Shown in pieces: positions 17,949-24,983 of a stretch of 62,748 nucleotides of DNA. Every line of letters begins with the position of its first letter. Position 1 is the first letter of the stretch. Position numbers and translations under genes: made by a program. The notes under the pieces are model-generated. The model worked only from the letters and a program-made list of their open reading frames with translations, did no database searches and was not told the DNA's origin. This DNA comes from Minisyncoccia bacterium. GTDB taxonomy: Bacteria > Patescibacteriota > Minisyncoccia > Phycocordibacterales > UBA9973. Location: contig JBAQFO010000003.1 in the NCBI GenBank assembly GCA_049287305.1, positions 1 through 62,748 on the forward strand, written 5' to 3'.

Positions 17949-18809
17949 CTACGCTGTCTTGCTTTCGATTTTGGTAAGCCCAGAGAGCACTTCTCCGAAC
18001 GACTTAAGCTTCACGAGAAGCGGGATAGCTTGATTAGCCTGTGCAACTTCTTTGAGTTCTTTCTGCTGGTCCACCAGGGAGGCAAGCAATTTGCGGAATA
18101 TTTTGTCTTTTTTACCCATATCATTTTCCGAAAGTCCCTGATTGAGCTCATCCAGTTCCGATTCCTCCAACCCTAAATAAAACACAGGAATATTTTCCAA
18201 ATGCGCCCGCTTTAACTTCTTTTTCTTGAATCCCAACCCATAACGTATCTCTGCTCCCCCTTTTTTAGCTATCTTAAGAATTTTTTCCTTTTTTTCTTCG
18301 GCGCGGGTGCTACCGTGGACTTCATCAAATGCTCCGACAACTTCTCCTGTGGCTCTGTTTACTATCAAGTTGTCCACCCCATTTTCATAATCGTCATAAG
18401 GCGCCGTTCGCACCACCAAGAAATCTTTCCCCAGCATTTGAGAAAGGAGCACGGTCACCGCCATCTCCATCTGTCCGCTTTTCTGGCGGGATTTGCCTTC
18501 CTGCCATTTCCGAATCATGTCGTTTTCATTTTCTACCCCAGGTTGGCCTCTGTAAAATTCCGAAAACTTAACTTCAGTTTTTCGGACCACCTCTGCATCC
18601 GCCGCAAGTTCGCTTTCATTATATACATCTTTGTATCCACTTGGGTCTAGGGCTCCGTCAGAAGTAAGCAAGCCCTCCAGGCCCGATTCTTTTAACCTTG
18701 CATTTATTTCATCGGACTGGGCCCGAAGCATCTCCATAAGCATCTCGGTTGGATGCTTTTTCTTTTCTATCGTTGGCTTTATTCCCGATTGCGGTTCAAA
18801 CTGGTTCAT
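17949..18809 (-). CDS. Hypothetical protein
   Basis: 286 aa, charged and cytoplasmic-looking. No domain was recognised. Confidence 0.55.
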   Translation of the reverse strand: MNQFEPQSGIKPTIEKKKHPTEMLMEMLRAQSDEINARLKESGLEGLLTSDGALDPSGYKDVYNESELAADAEVVRKTEVKFSEFYRGQPGVENENDMIRKWQEGKSRQKSGQMEMAVTVLLSQMLGKDFLVVRTAPYDDYENGVDNLIVNRATGEVVGAFDEVHGSTRAEEKKEKILKIAKKGGAEIRYGLGFKKKKLKRAHLENIPVFYLGLEESELDELNQGLSENDMGKKDKIFRKLLASLVDQQKELKEVAQANQAIPLLVKLKSFGEVLSGLTKIESKTA

Positions 18810-18892
18810 AAAATATTCGTTAGAATTATAGGCTTATGATACTCCCCGCGGAGAATTAATCAACTAGTGCCCCAATCCCAAACTCAATATAA

Positions 18893-18930
18893 AAAAGAAA
18901 ACCGCCTCGGGGGGGTGCGCGAGGCGTTTC
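18893..18930 (-). terminator. Intrinsic terminator of 18950-19339
   Basis: The minus strand reads AAACGCCTCG-loop-CGAGGCGGTTT followed by TCTTTTTT. Confidence 0.65.
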
Positions 18931-18949
18931 CCTTTTGAAGCGGTGATAA

Positions 18950-19339
18950 CTAATGGAGCATCTTGGAGGATACCCCGAGGAGCAGCGTGGCGAGAAGAGC
19001 GTAGAACGTCCCCTTGGCCGCGAGCCAATGCCCGAGAGGCAGGAAGAGCGACGTGGTCTTCATCTGGTTCGACTGGTGGAGCTTCCACCCTAGGAAGCCT
19101 GTAGCGAACAGACAGAGGAAGAAGATTCCTCCGACCACGAGATGTGTGATATACAGAGCGCTGAAACTTTCCTGTTGCGCCCCGCGGATGGCCACGAGGA
19201 CCATCAGCACCACTCCCCAGAACATCGCGATGACTCCCCCCGCCCGATGTCGCCGGCCTCCAAGCTCCGGCACATACATCTGATGCAGAAGCACCAGAAG
19301 AACAACCCCCGAGACCACCCGAAGTCCGATGTCTACCAT
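18950..19339 (-). CDS. Four-TM membrane protein of unknown function (GC-rich cassette 2)
   Basis: 129 aa with four hydrophobic spans. Line 19141-19200 is 57% GC by hand count. Confidence 0.55.
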   Translation of the reverse strand: MVDIGLRVVSGVVLLVLLHQMYVPELGGRRHRAGGVIAMFWGVVLMVLVAIRGAQQESFSALYITHLVVGGIFFLCLFATGFLGWKLHQSNQMKTTSLFLPLGHWLAAKGTFYALLATLLLGVSSKMLH

Positions 19340-19421
19340 AGGCGCACTCTGTCCTTTCGTAAAAAGTTGATGGAAAAAGCTAAACCGAGTTCACCTTACC
19401 ACACTTCATCACAAAATCAAC

Positions 19422-19453
19422 TTACTCCACTTTACTTAACTAAAGTGGAGTAA
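19422..19453. repeat. Hairpin palindrome family, copy D (perfect)
   Basis: TTACTCCACTTTA-CTTAAC-TAAAGTGGAGTAA, with 13-bp perfect arms. Confidence 0.85.
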
Positions 19454-19505
19454 AAAAACAATCACTATTTTCCAACAAGACTACTGCGAAGACTATTACG
19501 TAAAT

Positions 19506-19757
19506 TTATTTATCCTCTATTAAAAGAAGCTTGGAAGGATGGCGATGCCCATTCACAATTCTGACATTGGAAACTGGAGTCGAAAAATACTCCGCTACTA
19601 GCTCCACGACTCGGGTATTGGCCATATTCCGTTCCGCTTTCTGCCGCACAGCCACGTCAAAATGGTCTTCGGACTCTTGCCCGGATGCCTTAGAGCGGAC
19701 GGGTTTTATCCACTCCTTCCTTGCCCCAGCTGTTACTTTCACGTGAATATATCCCAT
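19506..19757 (-). CDS. DUF167 (YggU-like) protein
   Basis: IHVKVTAGARKE...ANTRVVELVAEYFSTPVSNVRIVNGHRHPSKLLLI. Confidence 0.7.
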   Translation of the reverse strand: MGYIHVKVTAGARKEWIKPVRSKASGQESEDHFDVAVRQKAERNMANTRVVELVAEYFSTPVSNVRIVNGHRHPSKLLLIEDK

Positions 19758-19903
19758 TTGTTTATTCCTTGTTTTTCCGCCCCCTTATTCTACACCCACC
19801 CCGCCCAACTTCCACACCACCTTGCCTTTCTCCATCTTCTATTTTTTATCTTCCACCCCCACTCTTTTTTCTTTATCTTTCTCCACTTACACCACCCCCC
19901 TCG

Positions 19904-19933
19904 CTTTCCACTTTATTTAACTAAAGTGGAAAG
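19904..19933. repeat. Hairpin palindrome family, copy E (perfect)
   Basis: CTTTCCACTTTA-TTTAAC-TAAAGTGGAAAG, with 12-bp perfect arms. Confidence 0.85.
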
Positions 19934-19995
19934 TAACGAATGATTAGTTGAGTCACCATATGGAATGATTCCACCATATGGGATTATTCATTGTT

Positions 19996-20142
19996 TTAGT
20001 GAAATAATTTTTCAATAATTTTATATAGCGTAAAAATCAGAATCCCTAAAAAAATAACGTGAAGGATTGTCCCCCATAGCGGAAACCCCGCATATCCAAG
20101 CATGTTAAGAAACGGCAGGATGACTGTCGCGGGAGAAAGCAT
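19996..20142 (-). CDS. Small hydrophobic protein, 48 aa (not in the ORF track)
   Basis: My own translation is MLSPATVILPFLNMLGYAGFPLWGTILHVIFLGILIFTLYKIIEKLFH. It starts 7 nt after the upstream stop. Confidence 0.4.
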   Translation of the reverse strand: MLSPATVILPFLNMLGYAGFPLWGTILHVIFLGILIFTLYKIIEKLFH

Positions 20143-20148
20143 TATTTT

Positions 20149-21369
20149 TTATTCACTTCTTTCTAGTTTATAAATCACGCCCGCAGTGTCATCGGAAATA
20201 TAAGCCATGCCCCCGGGAAGAACCAGAATATCCGCGGGGCGTCCTGTTTTCTTGTCAGCCTCCGTCAGCCACCCGGTAATGAAGTCTTCGGTTCCCTGAT
20301 ACGCGCCCTTGGCATCCATCTTGATGCGCGCTATTTTGTAGCCTGTAAGAACAGAGCGATTCCAGGAACCGTGATAAGCCACAAGCAAATCGTCCCGATA
20401 TTCCTCCGGCCACCCTTCCTCCGACACGAACGCAAGACCAAGCGGAGCCGAGTGCGCCTGCAAATCCACAAACGAAGGAGTTTCATACGGCTCCATGCAA
20501 GGATTCCTAATGTAAGTATTTTTATCAAACTTATCGTCGTGAATATTGTTGCCGTAACAAATTGGCCAGCCGTAATTTTTCCCTTTTTCAATAATATTTA
20601 TTTCGTCAGGAGGGACATCGTCACCAAGAGTATCTCGTCCCATCTCAGTGGCAAAAACTTTCCCGTTCACGGGATTTAGCGCCAGAAACGTGGCATTCCG
20701 AAGACCTCGGGCATAAGGAGCTTTCTCTTTGGTTTTTACGTTGTAAGAAATTACGGAAGCGTATTCAGGATCTTCTTCATGACAAACGTCACACGAAGAA
20801 CCCACGGAAATAAGCAAGGTGTCGTCGTTTGGACTCGGCAAGAAAACAAGCGAACGGGTAAAGTGTCTGTCGGTCGGAGACGCCACAATGTCCACAAGTT
20901 TTTCTTCCTCACCTAGCGTCATGTCCTCAGCGTTGTAAGGAAATCTGATAAGTTTGTCTTTCTCCGCCACATAAAGAAAACATCCCTCCCGGCAATCAAA
21001 AGCCAATCCGTGCGGCTTGTTGAGTCCGCTTTTCAAAACTTTTTGCACGTCACGAGTCCCGTCTCCGTCATCATCCGAAAGAAGCGTGAGCTTGCCTCCT
21101 TCCGTCTGACTTACGACAAGGCGCCCTTTCGGGTCCATCACTAAGTCTCGGGCACCGGCAACATTGGTCGCAAAAACATTCAAAGAAAATCCGGCAGGCA
21201 AACTAAACCCCGAAAGATTTTCCACAAGATCTTCCGTTCCTTCGCCCTCCACAGTGTTCGGAACGTTTATGGTTCCTATATTATTTTTCCAAAACAAGTA
21301 GCCTCCGACTAGAAAAATAATGACAATGACCGCTATGCCCCATGTTAAGTTTCTTGTTTTTGGACTCAT
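20149..21369 (-). CDS. PQQ-dependent sugar dehydrogenase (soluble glucose/sorbosone dehydrogenase family)
   Basis: GKNYGWPICYG motif, a beta-propeller-like repeat pattern and an N-terminal transmembrane anchor. Confidence 0.75.
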   Translation of the reverse strand: MSPKTRNLTWGIAVIVIIFLVGGYLFWKNNIGTINVPNTVEGEGTEDLVENLSGFSLPAGFSLNVFATNVAGARDLVMDPKGRLVVSQTEGGKLTLLSDDDGDGTRDVQKVLKSGLNKPHGLAFDCREGCFLYVAEKDKLIRFPYNAEDMTLGEEEKLVDIVASPTDRHFTRSLVFLPSPNDDTLLISVGSSCDVCHEEDPEYASVISYNVKTKEKAPYARGLRNATFLALNPVNGKVFATEMGRDTLGDDVPPDEINIIEKGKNYGWPICYGNNIHDDKFDKNTYIRNPCMEPYETPSFVDLQAHSAPLGLAFVSEEGWPEEYRDDLLVAYHGSWNRSVLTGYKIARIKMDAKGAYQGTEDFITGWLTEADKKTGRPADILVLPGGMAYISDDTAGVIYKLERSE

Positions 21370-21405
21370 AAATTATACCGTAATGTGTTTAGATATTTCG
21401 CAAAA

Positions 21406-21855
21406 CTACTTAAGTAAAGTATCGCCCTTGGCGCTCAGACATTGCTGTAATGCCGAAGTCGCTGTCCATCCGCATTCCCCTCCACTCTGACGTTCACAGA
21501 CACCACTCTTGTAACAAGAATATTCGGGTTTGTATTCGCAAGTAGACATAACTCCCGGTTCACCGGAACAAAGCTGAGAGCTGCATCCTCCTATATAACA
21601 ACCGTCTTTCGCCACGGCGGTGCTAGGTTCTTCGGTGTTTACATCTTCCACATAAATTATGCCGTCCGGAGCCTGGCATTGGCGAGGATAAGTTTCCATT
21701 ACCGGATATCCCGCGGCCACGCAATCTTCAAAACTGGTAAGGAAAAGCGACGAGTCATCGGAAGATTTTCTTGCCTGATAAAGCCAGTATCCCAGTAACG
21801 CCAAAACTACCAAGCCTACGATAATCCATAAAGTTGTTTTATTTTTTTCTTGCAT
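21406..21855 (-). CDS. Secreted eight-cysteine-cluster domain protein (paralog of 7111-7728)
   Basis: DGCYIGGCSSQLCSGEPGVMSTCEYKPEYSCYKSGVCERQSGGECGW. The N-terminal CVAAGYPVMETYPRQCQAPDG also parallels the paralog. Confidence 0.7.
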   Translation of the reverse strand: MQEKNKTTLWIIVGLVVLALLGYWLYQARKSSDDSSLFLTSFEDCVAAGYPVMETYPRQCQAPDGIIYVEDVNTEEPSTAVAKDGCYIGGCSSQLCSGEPGVMSTCEYKPEYSCYKSGVCERQSGGECGWTATSALQQCLSAKGDTLLK

Positions 21856-21941
21856 AAAATTTTATTAATTAATAATTCTTGTCTTATTATATAACAGATG
21901 ACGGAGAATACACAGAATAGTGACGCCTTCCACCCGAAAAA

Positions 21942-22592
21942 TTAAGGATATTCCTGCGGTCGACCGCCTATGGGAATGGGTTCTCCCAAATATCGCGGCT
22001 CCCGGCGAAGGAGGATGTTCACCATGGCTTTTTCATTTGCAAATATTTCACGAATATAATTTTTAAAACGGACACGTCCGCTGTCCGAGGAGTATCCTTC
22101 CGCCCGAAGACCCAAGGCCCGAGCAATAAATACCGAACGGGGCAAATGAAAGGACTGAGTTGAAATAATTACCGAATCAACTTTGAAAATATCTCGCGCT
22201 CTATACATGGTGCTGTATGTATCAAATCCGGCGTGGTCCAGGAAAATATCATCCGCCGGAACTCCTTCGCGAACCAGGTAGTCCCGCACGGGACTGACCT
22301 CGTTATACCAAACGGTGCTGTTGTCTCCTGATACTAAAATTTTAGAAACTTTCCCCGCCCGATAAAGCTCTATGGCTCCGTCCACCCGAGCTTCAAATAC
22401 GGGAGACAGCTTCCCGCTAGAAAAAATGGCAGCTCCGGGAATGAGCGCAACGCGCGCCTCCTCCAGGTCTGCCATTTTGTCGTGAATATACGGTTTGGAC
22501 ACCGCGTAGATGCTCGCGTTTATCGTAAAGATAACAACAAACACCAGCACCGTCCCCCATTTGATAAAAATAAAAAAACTTTTTGGTTTCAT
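21942..22592 (-). CDS. SanA/YdcF (DUF218) family protein
   Basis: N-terminal transmembrane helix, then LIPGAA...ILVSGDN...FLDHAGFDTYSTMYRA. Confidence 0.7.
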   Translation of the reverse strand: MKPKSFFIFIKWGTVLVFVVIFTINASIYAVSKPYIHDKMADLEEARVALIPGAAIFSSGKLSPVFEARVDGAIELYRAGKVSKILVSGDNSTVWYNEVSPVRDYLVREGVPADDIFLDHAGFDTYSTMYRARDIFKVDSVIISTQSFHLPRSVFIARALGLRAEGYSSDSGRVRFKNYIREIFANEKAMVNILLRREPRYLGEPIPIGGRPQEYP

Positions 22593-22597
22593 TCCTT

Positions 22598-22750
22598 TTA
22601 TCGAAGTGGGTTTTCTCCTCGAATTATCCTAATTAAAAATAAAATTATAGCTATCACTAGGAGAACGTGTATGAAGTTTCCCAACACATTGAATCCCAGG
22701 AAGCCGAGAAGCCACAATACTACCAATACTGCCGCTATAGTTGAAAGCAT
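22598..22750 (-). CDS. lmo0937-family small membrane protein, 50 aa (not in the ORF track)
   Basis: My own translation is MLSTIAAVLVVLWLLGFLGFNVLGNFIHVLLVIAIILFLIRIIRGENPLR. Confidence 0.65.
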   Translation of the reverse strand: MLSTIAAVLVVLWLLGFLGFNVLGNFIHVLLVIAIILFLIRIIRGENPLR

Positions 22751-22779
22751 AATTTAATTTAAAGTTAATTTGATAATGC

Positions 22780-22989
22780 TTAGTTTGTGGGTGCTCCTTC
22801 ACTCCCGGGTGAAGGCAAGTCTACGTTTATGTCTATGCCGGGATTAGCCGGAGCCGGATTTCCTCGGAATGCAGGCAAGCCATAAGCGAAGAAAAGAATA
22901 ATCAATACAATAGCCACAAGGACTCCTATGATTACCCCTACTCCTGAGCCTTCTCCACTACCGCTCGGATTATTTATTACTGTTGCCAT
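22780..22989 (-). CDS. Small single-pass membrane protein
   Basis: 69 aa with a G/S-rich N-terminus and one transmembrane helix. Confidence 0.45.
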   Translation of the reverse strand: MATVINNPSGSGEGSGVGVIIGVLVAIVLIILFFAYGLPAFRGNPAPANPGIDINVDLPSPGSEGAPTN

Positions 22990-23237
22990 AAATTTTTTAT
23001 ACTTATACTAATAATGAACGACCACATTAATGATTTAAATCTTAATGTAAACTTAATTATACACTCTTGGAAATAAAAAGAAAGTCTCCCCCGCCCAAAA
23101 CTGTGGATAAAATAAAAATGCGTAATGAACAAACCCTCCATTCGTCATATTTTATGTAAGAAGGTAACGTGAGTTCGTTACCAGGTGTCCTTTTGTCCAA
23201 AGAGACACATTTATTATTAGTAATTAATAATTTAACT

Positions 23238-23993
23238 ATGAATAACAAAGTAGCATTGGGAGTAATATTGGGAATAGTTGTGGTAATCGCGGGAGTAATA
23301 TTTATGATGAGCAGGCCTATAGATACCGCCGAAAACAACAACTTCAACTCCGGTAGCGAACAAAGCGAAAACATTGAGGTGGGTGGGCGAGCGGTATTTT
23401 CAGTTACTGACGCGGCTGCCGATATGGGCGCGGTAAGTGAAATAAATATGCAAATAACCAGCGTGGAGGTATATAACGCAACTTCGGGATGGACAACGGT
23501 GTCCACCACTCCCAGGGTTTTTAATCTCCTTGACCTAAAAGCGCGAAACGAATCGGAACTTCTGGCTGACGCTGATTTACAAAGCGGAACTTACGACCAA
23601 ATTCGACTTATGGTAAATTCCGTGGCCGTAAAGACCAAGGCAGGCGCCATCAAGATTGCCAAGCTTCCTTCTAATCAGCTTCTTATAAATTCCAACCTGG
23701 TAGTTACGGCAGACAAAACTTCAAGTATAAATTTTGATTTTCTTGCCGACAAATCCCTACACACTACAAGCAAAGGCGAATACGTCTTCGCGCCGGTTGT
23801 TAAAACCGAAACACGAAGTAGCTCTGAAGTAACCATAACCGCAAGCGGAGTGGTAAACATCAACGGAGGAAATGTGGACGATATGAAGACGGTCGGGATG
23901 GATATAGACGGCAGTATGAAAACCAACTTCCAGTTGAAGAGCGGACAAAAGCTGAATATCAATTCCAGCAATGTAATAGAGCTGGGTCTTTAA
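23238..23993 (+). CDS. DUF4382 domain protein
   Basis: Trimmed to the ATG at 23238 (signal/TM MNNKVALGVILGIVVVIAGVIF). SGTYDQIRLMV motif. Confidence 0.65.
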   Translation: MNNKVALGVILGIVVVIAGVIFMMSRPIDTAENNNFNSGSEQSENIEVGGRAVFSVTDAAADMGAVSEINMQITSVEVYNATSGWTTVSTTPRVFNLLDLKARNESELLADADLQSGTYDQIRLMVNSVAVKTKAGAIKIAKLPSNQLLINSNLVVTADKTSSINFDFLADKSLHTTSKGEYVFAPVVKTETRSSSEVTITASGVVNINGGNVDDMKTVGMDIDGSMKTNFQLKSGQKLNINSSNVIELGL

Positions 23994-24015
23994 AAAAATT
24001 AAAGTCCGGAACAAT

Positions 24016-24045
24016 AAAACCCCCGTAAGTAGCGGGGGTTTTATT
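24016..24045. terminator. Bidirectional terminator between convergent genes
   Basis: AAAACCCCCG-TAAGTAG-CGGGGGTTTT. Confidence 0.75.
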
Positions 24046-24983
24046 TATTCGCCGCTTTTGCACACATTGGCAAGAGCTGACTTGTCGGCATCGGTAAGAG
24101 TGAGACTGTTCTCTTCGTTAAATTCATACATTATGGCCTTTGAGTCTGGGACATGGTCAATGCCAAGAGCGTGCCCAAGCTCGTGCGCCAGCACTCTAAC
24201 AAGTTTTTCTTCCGTGCTAAATTCGTATATGTCTATTCTCTTGTCCCCTCCTTCTTCCACATAAACACCTTCCTCAAAGGATTCCCCACGGGCAATATTT
24301 ATATCGTTAAACTTTTCAACAGTGAGATTCAGCGTTCCAGCCAGCCTGTTTATCGCCACAACCAAAGCATTCACCTCATCCGCCATATTATTTAAGCGGG
24401 ACTGAGCTAATTTTAAAGCCTGTGCTTCCCTATCCAACGCCAAACGTTCTTTCTCCAGCTTATTGAACTCCGCTTCGGGCGCCCCGCCTTTTTGGTTCCA
24501 AAATTTCACCTGTTCTTCGTAGGTTGAACTTCTTTTATTAAAAGCTTCCACTCGGGCACTGAAAACCAATTTCTCCTGTTCGTAGACGTTTTTCTCTTTT
24601 TCAAATCTTGCCCTAAGGCTATCGTATGAAGATTGATTGTTGTTAACGACAATACCAAGGTCGGCAAGCTTCTCCGTCGCCTGCTGTCTGTAATCATAAA
24701 CAAGATTTATTTTCAAAGCGTCCCGAGAAGAATCCTCGGGCGAGTAAATAAAAAGATTTTTACCCGCCGGCTTTTCCCAAACAGCTTCAGCCCGGAGTAG
24801 TGCATCTAAAAAATATTTTTCCGTAATATTAAAATCCTTGCTGAAATTATCAAGCGTGTATGGGATTGGCTCGGAACACGGAGATACCGACCAAAACGGC
24901 AATCGCGGATAGAGGTAAAAAGCCGACGCCCAAAGAACTCCTAGCAATACAAAAGTTTTTAAAATTCCTTTTATCAACCGCAT
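24045..24983 (-). CDS. Matrixin-family zinc metalloprotease (M10)
   Basis: HELGHALGIDH zinc motif, an N-terminal transmembrane helix and a central coiled-coil. Confidence 0.75.
   Translation of the reverse strand: MRLIKGILKTFVLLGVLWASAFYLYPRLPFWSVSPCSEPIPYTLDNFSKDFNITEKYFLDALLRAEAVWEKPAGKNLFIYSPEDSSRDALKINLVYDYRQQATEKLADLGIVVNNNQSSYDSLRARFEKEKNVYEQEKLVFSARVEAFNKRSSTYEEQVKFWNQKGGAPEAEFNKLEKERLALDREAQALKLAQSRLNNMADEVNALVVAINRLAGTLNLTVEKFNDINIARGESFEEGVYVEEGGDKRIDIYEFSTEEKLVRVLAHELGHALGIDHVPDSKAIMYEFNEENSLTLTDADKSALANVCKSGE

Noticed and set aside
9366-19933. The palindromes considered as integron attC sites, because the loop reads GTTAAGT/ACTTAAC, matching the GTTRRRY/RYYYAAC cores.
   Set aside because: In attC sites the R'' and R' cores sit at opposite ends of a 57-141-nt imperfect palindrome with extrahelical bases. 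Here the core-like heptamer is the hairpin loop itself, the stems are perfect and only 12-13 bp long, and no intI gene is in the window. This idea is retained only as a loose analogy.
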